A DNA stretch of 64,000 nucleotides, taken from NCBI GenBank assembly GCA_903859215.1, contig CAIOLW010000051.1, positions 2,482-66,481 of the forward strand, in the 5' to 3' direction. This DNA comes from an uncultured bacterium (GTDB lineage Bacteria > Krumholzibacteriota > Krumholzibacteriia > LZORAL124-64-63). Below are positions 45,145 through 55,552 of this stretch, piece after piece; position 1 is the first letter of the stretch, and the number at the start of each line of letters is the position of its first letter. A model generated the notes under the pieces. That model saw only the letters and a list, made by a program, of their open reading frames with translations. It made no database searches and had not been told where the DNA came from. A program made the translations under genes and the position numbers.

Positions 45145-47277
45145 ATGGGCATCGACAACGACCCGGACGGGCGCGCCGAACGCCTGCTCGCGGACGACTT
45201 CCCCGCCGTCGACCTGGCCGCCTGGCGTCGCGACGTCGATCGCCTGCTGAAGGGCGCGTCGTTCGACAAGGCGATGGTCATGACGCTGGCCGAAGGCCTG
45301 CGCGTGCAGCCGCTGTACACGGTGGCGGACACGGCGGACGGCCTGTGGGGAGCGTCGCTGCCGGGGCAGGCGCCTTTCCTGCGCGGCGCGCCGGCCGGCG
45401 TCGACCAGCCCGTGCCCTGGCTGGTGGCGCAGGAACTGCCGCTGGCCGACGCCGGGCAGTTCAACCGCGCGCTGCTGCACGATCTCGAGCGCGGCCAGTC
45501 GGCCGTGGTGCTCAAGCTGGACGAGGCCGGCCGCCGCGGGCTCGACGCCGCGACCGCGCCCGCTGCCGCCGTCGGCCGGGGCGGGACGGCCGTCGCGGGG
45601 ATGGACGACCTGCGCGGCGCACTGGCCGGGGTCGACCTGGCCGCGTGCCCGCTGCTGCTGCAGGCGGGCGCCGCGACGCTGCCGGTGGTGGCCATGCTGG
45701 TCGCGCTGGCCGGCGAGCGCGGCACCCCGGTTGCGCAATTGTCCGGCGCCTGGGGCTGCGACCCGCTCGCCCTGACCGTCGCGGGCGACCCGCCCGCCCT
45801 GACGATCGACGCCATGTTCGACCACGCGGCGCTGCTCACGCACTGGGCCGCCGGCGCGGCGCCGGGCGTGCGCACGCTGTCCGTCTCGGATACGCCCTGG
45901 CACGAGGCCGGCGCCGACGGCGTGCTGTCGCTGGGCCTGGCGCTGGCGGGGGCCATCGAGACGCTGCGCGAGATGGAAGCGCGCGGCCTCGACCCGGAGG
46001 CCTGCGCGCCGCGACTGGCTTTCCAGGTGAGCCTGGACACCGATTTCTTCCTCGAGATTGCCCGCCTGCGCGCCCTGCGCGTGCTGTGGTCGGACGCACT
46101 GGCGGCCGCCGGCGTCGAGCGCCCGCGCACGGCCGCCTGGATCCACGCGCGCACAGGTGATCGCCAGTTCTCCACGCTCGATGCGCACACGAACCTGCTG
46201 CGCGCGACAACAGCCGCGATGGCCGCGGCCTGCGGCGGCGCCGACAGCCTGCACGTCTCGCCCTGGGATGCGCTGGCGGCGCAGCCCGGCGAGGCCGGCC
46301 GTCGCCTGGCGCGCAACCTCCACCTGGTGCTCGGCCACGAGTGCCGGTTCGGCGCCGTGATCGATCCCGCCGGCGGCTCCTGGTACGTGGAGAAACTCAC
46401 GCGCGAGGTGGGCGAGGGCGCCTGGGCCGTCATGCAGCAGGTCGAGAACGCCGGCGGCCTGCAGGCGGCGCTGCAGGAGGGACTCGTGCACCGGCTGGTG
46501 GAGACCGCGCGCGGGCGCCGCGCCGCGCGCCTGGCCCGGGTACAGGACGTGCGCGTCGGCGTCAACCGCTTCGCGACGATGCCGGCCGTCCAGCCGGCGC
46601 GCGCGGACATCGACCCGGTGTGGCTGGACGAACGTCGTCGCGCCGCGGCTTCGGCGCCGGTGGCGGTGCATCCTGCCGACCCGCAGGGCGATGCCGTCGC
46701 GCAACTGGCGGCGCTGGGCGCGGCCGCGCAGCGCGGCGCTTCGCTGGACACGCTCACGGCCGCGCTCGGCGGCAACACCACGGGTGGGGCGGCCGCGCCC
46801 TGGCCGACGCTGGCGGCCTGCCGTGACGCCGCGCCGTTCGAGTCTCTGGTCGCCCGCGTCATGCGCCTGTCCGCCCGCGCCCCCGCGCGCGGCCGCGTCC
46901 ACTGCCTGTGCCTGGGCGACGCTGCGCGTACGACACCGCGCCTGGACTTCGCGCGCGGCGCCCTGGCCGTCGGCGGCTTTGCCGTCAGCGCCGGCGCGTT
47001 CCACACCGACGCCGCGGCGGCCGTTGCCGAGGCGGGCGCGAACGGAGCGGCCACCGTCATGCTGGTCGGCCTCGACGAAGTGTACGTGGGGCTCGGCGCC
47101 GAGGTGGCGACGAGGCTGGCCGCCGCCGCGCAACCGCCGCTGCTGATGGCGGCCGGACGCGCCGGCGAGGCCACCGCCGCGCTGCAGGCCGCGGGCGTTG
47201 CGCGTTTTCTGCACGTGGGCAGCGACCTCGTGGCGGAACTGGGCGCGATCGTCGAAGCACTGGGAGGCGACCGATGA
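45145..47277 (+). CDS. mutA: methylmalonyl-CoA mutase small (beta) subunit
   Basis: ATG at 45145 inside ORF 44947..47277. [14 protein letters not shown] and [14 protein letters not shown] are typical MCM beta blocks. The stop overlaps the mutB start (ATGA at 47274-47277). Confidence 0.85.
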   Translation: MGIDNDPDGRAERLLADDFPAVDLAAWRRDVDRLLKGASFDKAMVMTLAEGLRVQPLYTVADTADGLWGASLPGQAPFLRGAPAGVDQPVPWLVAQELPLADAGQFNRALLHDLERGQSAVVLKLDEAGRRGLDAATAPAAAVGRGGTAVAGMDDLRGALAGVDLAACPLLLQAGAATLPVVAMLVALAGERGTPVAQLSGAWGCDPLALTVAGDPPALTIDAMFDHAALLTHWAAGAAPGVRTLSVSDTPWHEAGADGVLSLGLALAGAIETLREMEARGLDPEACAPRLAFQVSLDTDFFLEIARLRALRVLWSDALAAAGVERPRTAAWIHARTGDRQFSTLDAHTNLLRATTAAMAAACGGADSLHVSPWDALAAQPGEAGRRLARNLHLVLGHECRFGAVIDPAGGSWYVEKLTREVGEGAWAVMQQVENAGGLQAALQEGLVHRLVETARGRRAARLARVQDVRVGVNRFATMPAVQPARADIDPVWLDERRRAAASAPVAVHPADPQGDAVAQLAALGAAAQRGASLDTLTAALGGNTTGGAAAPWPTLAACRDAAPFESLVARVMRLSARAPARGRVHCLCLGDAARTTPRLDFARGALAVGGFAVSAGAFHTDAAAAVAEAGANGAATVMLVGLDEVYVGLGAEVATRLAAAAQPPLLMAAGRAGEATAALQAAGVARFLHVGSDLVAELGAIVEALGGDR

Positions 47278-49430
47278 GCCGCCTGCCCGACTACACGCGA
47301 CTGCCCTGCCGCGTGCCCGGTCCCGACGCCGACCCGGCGCCCGCCGATCGGCCCACGCAGCCGACGCACGAGCAGATCCCCGTGCGCGCCTTCTACACGG
47401 CCGCCGACCTCGCCGGCTGCGAGCACACGGATTACCTGCCCGGCCAGGCGCCCTACCTGCGGGGCCCCTACGCCACGATGTACGTGACGCGCCCGTGGAC
47501 CGTGCGCCAGTACGCCGGCTTCTCGACCGCCACCGAGAGCAATGCCTTCTACCGGCGCAACCTAGCGGCCGGCCAGATGGGCCTGTCGGTGGCCTTCGAC
47601 CTGGCGACGCACCGCGGCTACGACAGCGACCACCCGCGGGTGGAGGGCGACGTCGGCAAGGCCGGCGTCGCGATCGACTCGGTCGAGGACATGAAGGTGC
47701 TCTTCGACGGCATCCCGCTCGACCGCATGTCCGTCTCGATGACGATGAACGGTGCCGTGCTCCCGATCATGGCGTTCTACATCATGGCCGGGCTCGAGCA
47801 GGGCGCAACGCCTGCGCAGCTGTCCGGCACGATCCAGAACGACATCCTCAAGGAGTACATGGTCCGCAACACGTACATCTACCCGCCGGCGTTCAGCCTG
47901 CGGGTGATCGCGGACATCTTCGGCTACACGGCGCGGCAGATGCCGAAGTTCAACAGCATCTCGATCAGCGGCTACCACATGCACGAGGCCGGCGCCACGG
48001 CCGACCTGGAACTGGCCTACACGCTGGCCGACGGCCTGGAGTATGTGCGCATCGGCCTGGCGGCCGGCCTCGGCATCGACGACTTTGCGCCGCGCCTGTC
48101 GTTCTTCTGGGGCGAGGGCGTCAATTACTTCATGGAGATCGCCAAGCTGCGGGCCGGGCGCGCGCTGTGGGCGAAGATGATCAAGGCGTTCGACCCGCAG
48201 GACGAGCGCTCGCTGATGCTGCGCACGCACTCGCAGACCTCGGGTTGGTCGCTGGCCGCGCAGGACCCGTTCAACAACGTGGCGCGCACCTGCGTCGAGG
48301 CGATGGCTGCCGCGCTGGGCGGCACGCAGTCGCTGCACACGAATGCGCTGGACGAGGCCATCGCGCTGCCGACCGACTTCTCGGCCCGCATCGCCCGCAA
48401 TACCCAACTCTACCTGCAGACGGAGACCGGCATCTGCCGTACCGTCGACCCGTGGGGCGGCAGCTGGTATCTTGAGAGCCTGACCGATGCGCTGCTTCGC
48501 AAGGCGTGGGGGCACATCCGCGAGGTCGAGGGCCACGGCGGCATGACGGCGGCCATCGAGCGCGGGCTGCCCAAACTGCGCATCGAGGAAGCGGCGGCCC
48601 GCCGGCAGGCGCGGCTCGACGCCGGACAGGAACTGGTGGTCGGCGTCAACCGCTGGCGCCTGGACCGCGAGGAGCCGCTCGAGATCCTCGAGGTCGACAA
48701 CACCGAGGTCCGTCGGCAGCAGGTGGCGCGGCTGGAACAACTGCGGCGAGAGCGCGACCCGCGCGCGGTCGAGTCGGCTCTGGCTGCGTTGACGCGGGCG
48801 GCGGCGGACGGCAACGGCAACCTGCTCGAACTGGCCGTCGAGGCGGCGCGCGTCCGGGCGACGCTCGGCGAGATCTCGTCGGCGCTCGAAACCGTGGCGG
48901 GGCGGCACCAGGCCGAGGTCCGCACCATCAGCGGCGTGTACGCCGCCGCGTTCCGGAGGGAGGACGGCATCGACAGCGTGGGGGAAACCAGGAAGCTGGT
49001 CGAGGCGTTCGCCGCGCACGAGGGCCGTCGCCCGCGCCTGCTCGTGGCCAAGATGGGCCAGGACGGGCACGATCGCGGCGCCAAGGTCGTGGCTACGGCG
49101 TTCGCCGACCTGGGCTTCGACGTCGACGTGGGGCCGCTCTTCCAGACGCCGGCCGAGACGGCGCGGCAGGCCGTGGAGAACGACGTGCACATCGTCGGGC
49201 TCAGCAGCCTGGCGGGCGGCCACAAGACACTGCTGCCGCAACTGGTGGCCGAATTGAAGAAGCTGGGCCGGGGCGACATCCTGGTCGTCTGCGGCGGCGT
49301 CATCCCGCCGCAGGACTACGACTTCCTGCGCGAGCAGGGCGCCGCGGCCATCTTCGGGCCGGGCACCGTGATCCCCGACGCGGCGCAGGCGCTGCTCGGC
49401 GAGATCAACCGCCGGCTGGGGTATGCGTAG
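47274..49430 (+). CDS. mutB: methylmalonyl-CoA mutase large (alpha) subunit, B12-binding
   Basis: [44 protein letters not shown], and the C-terminal B12 motif [23 protein letters not shown]. Confidence 0.95.
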   Translation: MSRLPDYTRLPCRVPGPDADPAPADRPTQPTHEQIPVRAFYTAADLAGCEHTDYLPGQAPYLRGPYATMYVTRPWTVRQYAGFSTATESNAFYRRNLAAGQMGLSVAFDLATHRGYDSDHPRVEGDVGKAGVAIDSVEDMKVLFDGIPLDRMSVSMTMNGAVLPIMAFYIMAGLEQGATPAQLSGTIQNDILKEYMVRNTYIYPPAFSLRVIADIFGYTARQMPKFNSISISGYHMHEAGATADLELAYTLADGLEYVRIGLAAGLGIDDFAPRLSFFWGEGVNYFMEIAKLRAGRALWAKMIKAFDPQDERSLMLRTHSQTSGWSLAAQDPFNNVARTCVEAMAAALGGTQSLHTNALDEAIALPTDFSARIARNTQLYLQTETGICRTVDPWGGSWYLESLTDALLRKAWGHIREVEGHGGMTAAIERGLPKLRIEEAAARRQARLDAGQELVVGVNRWRLDREEPLEILEVDNTEVRRQQVARLEQLRRERDPRAVESALAALTRAAADGNGNLLELAVEAARVRATLGEISSALETVAGRHQAEVRTISGVYAAAFRREDGIDSVGETRKLVEAFAAHEGRRPRLLVAKMGQDGHDRGAKVVATAFADLGFDVDVGPLFQTPAETARQAVENDVHIVGLSSLAGGHKTLLPQLVAELKKLGRGDILVVCGGVIPPQDYDFLREQGAAAIFGPGTVIPDAAQALLGEINRRLGYA

Positions 49431-50427
49431 GATGAAGCGCACCGAGCTATCCGTCGCGCAGTATGTCGAGGGCGTCGTGACCGGCGACCGCGCGGTGCTC
49501 GCGCGCGCCATCACGCTGGTCGAATCGAACGCCCCGGCGCACCAGGAGACGGCGCAGGCGGTCCTGTCCGCGCTGTTGCCGCTGCGCAGGCCGGCCGTGC
49601 GCGTGGGCATCACCGGCGTGCCGGGCGCCGGCAAGAGCACGTTGATCGAGACGCTCGGCTCCTGGCTCACGGCGCAGGGGCGGCGCGTGGCCGTCACCGC
49701 CATCGACCCCTCGTCGAGCCTGACCGGCGGCAGCATCCTCGGCGACAAGACGCGCATGGAGAAGCTCGCGGCCGACGACAACGCGTTCATCCGCCCGTCG
49801 CCCTCGGGCGGCACGCTCGGCGGCGTGGCGCGCAAGACGCGCGAGGCGATCGTCCTGTTCGAGGCCGCCGGCTACGACGTCATCATCGTCGAGACGGTGG
49901 GCGTCGGGCAGAGCGAGGCCCAGGTGCGCTCGATGGTCGACTTCTTCCTGCTGGTGCTGCTGGCCGGCGCGGGCGACGAACTGCAGGGCTTCAAGCGCGG
50001 CGTCGTCGAACTGGCCGACGCCATCGCCATCAACAAGGCCGACGGCCCGAACACGGGCGCGGCCGAGCTGGCGCGCGCCGGGTTCGAGGGCGTGCTGCCG
50101 TACCTGCGGCCGGCCACCGAGGGGTGGCAGACGCGGGCGTTCACGTGCTCGGCGGCGACCGGCGCCGGCATTCCGGAGCTGTGGGGAGTGGTCGACACGT
50201 TCGCGCGCGCGACGCAGGCCGGCGGCAGCTGGGTGCGGCGGCGCGGCGAGCAGGAGCGGGCCTGGGTGCGCGAGCTGGTGCGCGAGGGCCTCGAGGAGAG
50301 CTTCCGCCTGCACCCGCAAGTGGCTGCCGCGTTGCCGGCCCTCGAGGACGACGTCGTGGCGGGCCGCCTGCCTGCCACCGCGGCCGCGCAGCGCCTGCTG
50401 GACCTGTTCCGGCAGGCCGGCGCCTGA
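49423..50427 (+). CDS. meaB: methylmalonyl-CoA mutase-associated GTPase MeaB/ArgK
   Basis: P-loop [12 protein letters not shown], then [12 protein letters not shown] and AINKAD. An alternative ATG at 49432 is possible. Confidence 0.92.
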   Translation: MRRMKRTELSVAQYVEGVVTGDRAVLARAITLVESNAPAHQETAQAVLSALLPLRRPAVRVGITGVPGAGKSTLIETLGSWLTAQGRRVAVTAIDPSSSLTGGSILGDKTRMEKLAADDNAFIRPSPSGGTLGGVARKTREAIVLFEAAGYDVIIVETVGVGQSEAQVRSMVDFFLLVLLAGAGDELQGFKRGVVELADAIAINKADGPNTGAAELARAGFEGVLPYLRPATEGWQTRAFTCSAATGAGIPELWGVVDTFARATQAGGSWVRRRGEQERAWVRELVREGLEESFRLHPQVAAALPALEDDVVAGRLPATAAAQRLLDLFRQAGA

Positions 50428-50545
50428 AGAGCCGGCCGGGCCGGGGCGAAAACTGGTCCGCGGGACGGCCGTCGCCTATCATGGTGGACTCAAGCGATCA
50501 ACCCCCCACGGGCGGCCGCGCCGGACGCGGACGCCGGGAGCCGAG

Positions 50546-52150
50546 ATGACCCAGGCCAGCCAGCCGATCATCGTCCAGCCGATCATTGTCCAGGACACCT
50601 TCACCGGCACCAAGCGCGAACTCCTGTTCCGCGAGCCCGGGAAGTGCGGCGTCTACTGCTGCGGCCCGACCGTGTACGGCCTGTGCCATATCGGCAACGC
50701 GCGCGCGGCGCTGGTGCCGGATGTCGTGGTGCGCTTCCTGCGCCAGCAGGGTCTGCAGGTCAAGTACGTGCGCAACATCACCGACATCGACGACAAGATC
50801 ATCGCGCGCGGCCAGGCCGACGGCGTGCCGGCGATGGAGGTCGCCGCCCGCTTCGCCGACGAGTACCACCGCGACATGGCGGCGCTCGGCCTGCTGGAAC
50901 CCGACGTGGAACCGCGCGTGAGCGGGCACCTCAATGAGATCATCGCGCTGATCGAGCGGCTGGTCGCGCGCGGCCTGGCCTACGCCGCCGAGGGTGACGT
51001 CTACTACCGCGTGTCAGCGTTCGCCGACTACGGCAAGCTGGGCAAGCGCCGTCCCGAGGACCTGCTCGAGGGCGCCGGCAGCCGCGTCGAGGTCGACGCG
51101 CGCAAGGAGTCGCCGCTCGACTTCGCGCTGTGGAAGGCCGCCAAGCCGGGCGAGCCGGCGTGGCCCAGCCCGTGGGGCGAGGGCCGGCCGGGCTGGCACA
51201 TCGAGTGCTCGGCGATGTGCGGCACGCACCTCGGCGAGTCGTTCGACATCCACTGCGGCGGGCGCGACCTGATCTTTCCGCACCACGAGAACGAGATCGC
51301 GCAGAGTCAGGGCGCCTTCGGCCCGGGCACGTTCGCGCAGTACTGGCTGCACAACGGCTTCATCGACTTCGCGGGCGAGAAGATGTCCAAGAGCCTGGGC
51401 AACTTCTTCACCACGCGCGAGGTGCTGTCGCTGTACGACGCCGAGACCGTGCGCTACTTCCTGCTGACGGTGCACTACCGCAGCGGGCTGAACTTCGACG
51501 TGTGCGTGGAATGCCCGGCCTGCGGCGTCGAACTGGATCGCGACGCGCAGGAGGCCGGTGCGTGCGCGGCCTGCGGCGAGGCGCCGGGCCGCGAGGCGCT
51601 GCGGCAGCGCGTGCGCTTCCCGGGCCTGGAGGAGGCGGACGATCGCCTGGCCTACGTCTATGCGGCGCTGGCCGGCGCGCGGCGCCTGCTGGCTGCAGCG
51701 GGGGCGGCCGCGCCCGCGGCGCCGGCGGGCCCGGGGCCGCTGCTGTCCGCCTTCTGCGAGCACATGCGGAACGACTTCAACACGGGCGGCGCGCTGGGCA
51801 CGCTCAGCCGGCCGCTGGCCGAGGTGAACTCGCTGGTCGGGCTGGTCAAGGGCGTGGACAAGGCGGCGCGGCTGGCCACGCTGGCGGCGTTCGTCGCCGA
51901 CATGGGGCAGGTGGCGGCCATCCTCGGCTGCTTCGGTGCCGATCCCGAAGCCTGGCTGCGCGATCGGCGCGATCGTCGCGCTGCGCGCGCGGGCCTGGAT
52001 GTCCCGCACGTCGAGGCCCTGTTGATCGCCCGCCGCGAGGCGCGCGCCGCGAAGGACTGGGGGCGCGCCGACGCCATCCGCGACGAACTGGCGGAGCTCG
52101 GTCTGTCCGTGCAGGACGGCGCCGACGGTTCGGCCTGGGATTTCGCCTGA
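50546..52150 (+). CDS. cysS: cysteine--tRNA ligase (with Cys-rich insertion)
   Basis: CGPTVYGLCHIGN (HIGH), GWHIECSAM, HHENE and KMSKSLGNFF. 534 aa, including an insertion of about 43 aa at 51497-51625. Confidence 0.95.
   Translation: MTQASQPIIVQPIIVQDTFTGTKRELLFREPGKCGVYCCGPTVYGLCHIGNARAALVPDVVVRFLRQQGLQVKYVRNITDIDDKIIARGQADGVPAMEVAARFADEYHRDMAALGLLEPDVEPRVSGHLNEIIALIERLVARGLAYAAEGDVYYRVSAFADYGKLGKRRPEDLLEGAGSRVEVDARKESPLDFALWKAAKPGEPAWPSPWGEGRPGWHIECSAMCGTHLGESFDIHCGGRDLIFPHHENEIAQSQGAFGPGTFAQYWLHNGFIDFAGEKMSKSLGNFFTTREVLSLYDAETVRYFLLTVHYRSGLNFDVCVECPACGVELDRDAQEAGACAACGEAPGREALRQRVRFPGLEEADDRLAYVYAALAGARRLLAAAGAAAPAAPAGPGPLLSAFCEHMRNDFNTGGALGTLSRPLAEVNSLVGLVKGVDKAARLATLAAFVADMGQVAAILGCFGADPEAWLRDRRDRRAARAGLDVPHVEALLIARREARAAKDWGRADAIRDELAELGLSVQDGADGSAWDFA
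50561..50590 (+). repeat. 15-bp in-frame tandem duplication (QPIIV-QPIIV) at the cysS N-terminus
   Basis: CAGCCGATCATCGTC / CAGCCGATCATTGTC, differing by one synonymous change. Confidence 0.9.
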
Positions 52151-52175
52151 CCGCAGGCAGACGTACCGACAGACG

Positions 52176-52206
52176 GGCGCCGCGCGGCCATGGACCGCGC
52201 GGCGCC
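52176..52206 (+). terminator. candidate intrinsic terminator between convergent cysS and porin genes
   Basis: 12-bp perfect stem GGCGCCGCGCGG / CCGCGCGGCGCC with loop CCATGGA, followed by TTCGTCTTCC. Confidence 0.5.
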
Positions 52207-52232
52207 TTCGTCTTCCCTGCGGTGATCCGCGC

Positions 52233-53243
52233 CTAGAAGCCGGTGACCAGCTGCGCCTGCCAGGTGTCGTCCCCGGCGTCGCCATCGCCCTGCCACGAAC
52301 GGTATTCCACGCGCAGTTCCGCCGGCGTGGACACGCCCACGCCCAGCCCCACGCTCAGGTACTCGAGGTCCGCGGTGCCCGGCGTCTCGGCGTCGAGCTT
52401 GTCCCAGCGCGCGAACAGGGACCAGCGGTTGAAGTCGCGTGTGCCCTGGGCGTACCAGCCCGCGTCGGTCAGTTCCGTGCCGACGCCGAAATCCAGCCGG
52501 CGCGCGACGTATTCCGCCTTCAAAGCCCACGGGCCCCGGGTCGCCTGCGCATCGACGCCGACCAGCGACATCGACTGCGCGTCGTCGGTCGTGTTGAACG
52601 TGGCCGCCGAGGCGCCCAGTTCGACGCCCCCGACCGGCAGCACGCTCGCGCGCGCACCCACGGCCCCGTCGGTCGCCAGCACGAGCGGCTCGTCGCCGTC
52701 CGGCAGCTCGGCGTCCGAACCGTTCACGAGCCACGCGCGCAGCGTGTACTTCGGAGCCTCGATGAAGGCCATGGCGCCGACGTCGTTCCAGCTGTCGTGG
52801 GTGGCCCCGATCGCGACCGGCGCCGTGATCGTGCGCCGGTCCACCGACGGGTACACCAGCCAGTCGATACCGAACGGGACGTCGAACTGCCCGACCATCA
52901 GGCCGGAGCGCTCCCACTTCGCGTAGTGGTGCCGGCAGTCCGAGCCGTTGCCCGCCAGCAGGAACTCGATCGTGGCGGCCCCGAGGCCGAAGGTTCCCGT
53001 TTCGGGGTCGTAGGCCAGCGCCACGCAGGTGCACGTATGGCTGGCGAGGCAGGCCGCGATATCGAATTCGGCCTGTCCCAAGCGGAAGTTGTGCTCGCCG
53101 GGCGCCTGGTTGTCCGTGCTGAACAGCACATCCATGAAGCCCGTGATCTCGAGCGGCGTGTACCTGACCTCGACCGCCGCGGCGCCCGACGCCGCCAGCA
53201 ACAGGTACGCACAGGCCAAGCCCGACCGGATGATCTTCCCCAT
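52233..53243 (-). CDS. putative outer-membrane porin-like beta-barrel
   Basis: Signal peptide LACAYLLLAASGAAA. Alternating strand pattern throughout, with a C-terminal ...WQAQLVTGF. Confidence 0.62.
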   Translation of the reverse strand: MGKIIRSGLACAYLLLAASGAAAVEVRYTPLEITGFMDVLFSTDNQAPGEHNFRLGQAEFDIAACLASHTCTCVALAYDPETGTFGLGAATIEFLLAGNGSDCRHHYAKWERSGLMVGQFDVPFGIDWLVYPSVDRRTITAPVAIGATHDSWNDVGAMAFIEAPKYTLRAWLVNGSDAELPDGDEPLVLATDGAVGARASVLPVGGVELGASAATFNTTDDAQSMSLVGVDAQATRGPWALKAEYVARRLDFGVGTELTDAGWYAQGTRDFNRWSLFARWDKLDAETPGTADLEYLSVGLGVGVSTPAELRVEYRSWQGDGDAGDDTWQAQLVTGF

Positions 53244-53344
53244 CAGCCACCCCGTTTGCCGTCGGCGCCAGCGCGCCGGTTGCCTGTTGCGGGGCGCACG
53301 GAGGCGTCCCCGAACCTTGATCGGCGTGGCAAAGGGAAATCTTT

Positions 53345-53381
53345 AGCAATCGTGAGATATTTTGGGAAATTATCGATTGCT
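53345..53381. promoter_or_regulatory. 8-bp inverted repeat AGCAATCG...CGATTGCT in an AT-rich island upstream of the porin gene
   Basis: Arms at 53345-53352 and 53374-53381, separated by 21 nt of AT-rich spacer. The island spans about 53330-53416. Confidence 0.35.
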
Positions 53382-53416
53382 GCAAAAAATGATACGCAAA
53401 ATCGACAACTGAGTGA

Positions 53417-54181
53417 TCAACCCCGGACGAAGGAGATTACGGCCACGACGACGCCGATCCCGACGATCGTCCAGCGCAGCGTCGCGGGCCCGATGCGCCC
53501 GGCCAACCTTCCGCCCAAGGCCCCTCCGCAGAGCGCGCCAATGGCCATTGCCGCCGCCACGGGCCAGACGACCTTGCCGCTGAACAGGAAGAAGACGGCC
53601 GCCGCGACGTTCACGCTCAGCGAGATGACCTGCTTGAGCGCGTTCAGGCGCGTGAGCGAGTCGCTCATCGTCAGCCCCAGCGCCGCGAGCACGATCACGC
53701 TCAAGCCTGCGCCGAAGTAGCCGCCGTACACGGCCGCGACGCAGACCGGCAGCCAGGCGGCGCGCTCGAGCCCCGCGCCTTGCGCGTCGCCGAGGCGCCG
53801 CACCAGCCAACCGCGCACCGGCCCCTGCACCGCCAGCAGCAGCGAGGCGGCCAGGATCAGGAACGGCACCAGTTCGCGGAAGATCTTCTCGCCGGTCGCC
53901 AGCAACAGCCACCCACCGGCAACGCCGCCCACGACGCCGGCCGGCACGACGCGCCACAGCCGCGCGCGCTGCCCTCTCAGGTCGCCCCGCTGCGCGAGCG
54001 CGCCGCCGACGTAGCCGGGGCACAGGGCGACGGTGTTGGTGACGTTGGCGGCGACGGCCGGCAGGCCGAGGGCCAGCAGGGTGGGGAAGGTCAGCAGCGT
54101 CCCGCCGCCGGCCAGCGCATTGACGGCGCCGGCGACCATGGCCGCCAGGCCGGCCAGCAGCAGGTGCGGAACGCTGAACAA
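53417..54181 (-). CDS. sulfite exporter TauE/SafE family membrane protein
   Basis: 3' part of ORF 53417..54631. Probable TTG start at 54181 (LFSVPHLLLAGLAAMVAGAVNALAGGGTLLTFP). The repeated GGG..L.(F)P motif and ~8 TM segments are typical of TauE. The start codon is uncertain. Confidence 0.78.
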   Translation of the reverse strand: MFSVPHLLLAGLAAMVAGAVNALAGGGTLLTFPTLLALGLPAVAANVTNTVALCPGYVGGALAQRGDLRGQRARLWRVVPAGVVGGVAGGWLLLATGEKIFRELVPFLILAASLLLAVQGPVRGWLVRRLGDAQGAGLERAAWLPVCVAAVYGGYFGAGLSVIVLAALGLTMSDSLTRLNALKQVISLSVNVAAAVFFLFSGKVVWPVAAAMAIGALCGGALGGRLAGRIGPATLRWTIVGIGVVVAVISFVRG

Positions 54182-54231
54182 GAGGCACGCCTCGCGGGTT
54201 CGGGAGCGCCGTCGGCTCGGCCCGGAGGGGC

Positions 54232-55548
54232 TCAGGCCAGCGGCGACACGGGCTCGGGCATCGCGCAGGCGCCGAGCGCCGCGCCGGGATCCTTCAGGCC
54301 GTGGCCGGTCACGAGCACCGCCACGCGGTCGCCATCGCCGATCAGGCCCTGCTCGCGCGCGATGATCACGCCGGACATCCCGGCCGCGCCCGAGGGCTCG
54401 GCAAAGACGCCGGCGCGCGAGGCGAGGTCGACGATCGTGCGGATGATGGCCTCGTCCGGTGTCGCGATGAACGCGCCGCCGGTGGCCGCCACGTAGCGCC
54501 AGGCCTTCACGCGATTGCGCGGCACGCCGACGCTGATCGAGTCGGCGATGGTGTCGGGCACGACGGGCGTGATCGCATCGCGGATGGCCGGGCCCGTCAT
54601 GGTCGCCTGCCCGCCGCCGCAACGCGCCCACGCTGCGGCCAGCGGCGAGGCGCCGGCCGCCTGCACGCCGATCACGCGCGGCACGCGGTCGGTCAATCCC
54701 AGCGCATGCAGTTCGCTGAACGCCTTGGCCGTCGACGAGACGATGCAGCCGTCGCCCACCGGCACCAGCACCACGTCGGGCAGGTCATTGCACGAGGTGA
54801 ATCCGCGCGTCAGGTCCCAGGCCAGCTCGAGCGCGGCGGTCTTCTTGCCCTCGACCAGCAGCGGGTTGTGCCCGCAGTTGCGGCTGTACCAGTTGTTCTT
54901 CGCGATCGCGACCAGCGACAGCTCAAATGCCTGGTCGTAGGTGCCGTCGACGCGGATGACGTGCGCGCCGTGCAGCAGCAGCTGCGCGAGCTTGCCGCGC
55001 GGCGCCGCCGCCGGCACGAAGATGGTGGAGCGGAAACCGCCGCGCGAGGCGAGCACGGCCAGGCTGGCCGCCGCGTTGCCCGTCGAGGCGCAGGCCAGGT
55101 GGTCGAGCCCCAGTTGGTGCGCGCGGGCCATCGCCACGGCCGCGGCGCGGTCCTTCAGGCTGGCCGACGGCAGACAGGTGTCGTCCTTGATGACCAGCGA
55201 ATGCAGGCCCAGATGCCGGGCCAGGCGCGGGGCGGGAAGCGGCGCCGTGCCGCCGACCGCCCACGCGGGATGGATCGCCGCCGGCGCCACCGGCAACAGG
55301 GAGGAGAACCGCCACAGGCCGCGGGCGACATCGCCGCCTTCGGCCTTCACGCGTGCCGCCGTGTCCGGCGCGCGCTCATACACCGCGTCGAGGATGCCGT
55401 CGACGCCGCAGTCGGCGCAGACGAAACCGTTGTACGTGGTGCCGTAGTCGCGCCCGCAGACCACGCAGCGGCAGCCGACCCATTCGGGGTTGGCCGCCAC
55501 CGGCGGCAGCGTCTCGCGGAGCCCGTCCCTGTTGCCGTGCGCTTCCAC
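54232..55548 (-). CDS. threonine synthase-like fold-type II PLP enzyme with N-terminal Zn-ribbon
   Basis: CVVCGRDYGTTYNGFVCADCG. PLP-Lys region PSASLKDRAAAVAMA, then ACASTGNAAASLA, NPLLVEGKKTAALE and LVPVGDGC. Confidence 0.85.
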   Translation of the reverse strand: MEAHGNRDGLRETLPPVAANPEWVGCRCVVCGRDYGTTYNGFVCADCGVDGILDAVYERAPDTAARVKAEGGDVARGLWRFSSLLPVAPAAIHPAWAVGGTAPLPAPRLARHLGLHSLVIKDDTCLPSASLKDRAAAVAMARAHQLGLDHLACASTGNAAASLAVLASRGGFRSTIFVPAAAPRGKLAQLLLHGAHVIRVDGTYDQAFELSLVAIAKNNWYSRNCGHNPLLVEGKKTAALELAWDLTRGFTSCNDLPDVVLVPVGDGCIVSSTAKAFSELHALGLTDRVPRVIGVQAAGASPLAAAWARCGGGQATMTGPAIRDAITPVVPDTIADSISVGVPRNRVKAWRYVAATGGAFIATPDEAIIRTIVDLASRAGVFAEPSGAAGMSGVIIAREQGLIGDGDRVAVLVTGHGLKDPGAALGACAMPEPVSPLA

Positions 55549-55552
55549 GCCG

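Noticed and set aside
42179-49835. Minus-strand ORFs of 820, 778, 757 and 709 aa opposite exbD/tonB and mutA/mutB/meaB. The same pattern occurs at 20752-22917, 1815-3935, 18588-20684 and 61153-63231.
   Set aside because: The reasoning is the same. The sense-strand genes carry unambiguous family motifs, while the antisense products are low-complexity and motif-free.
50428-50545. I looked for a T-box or other leader upstream of cysS.
   Set aside because: The 118-nt gap shows no specifier/T-box-like conserved sequence and no obvious terminator/antiterminator pair.
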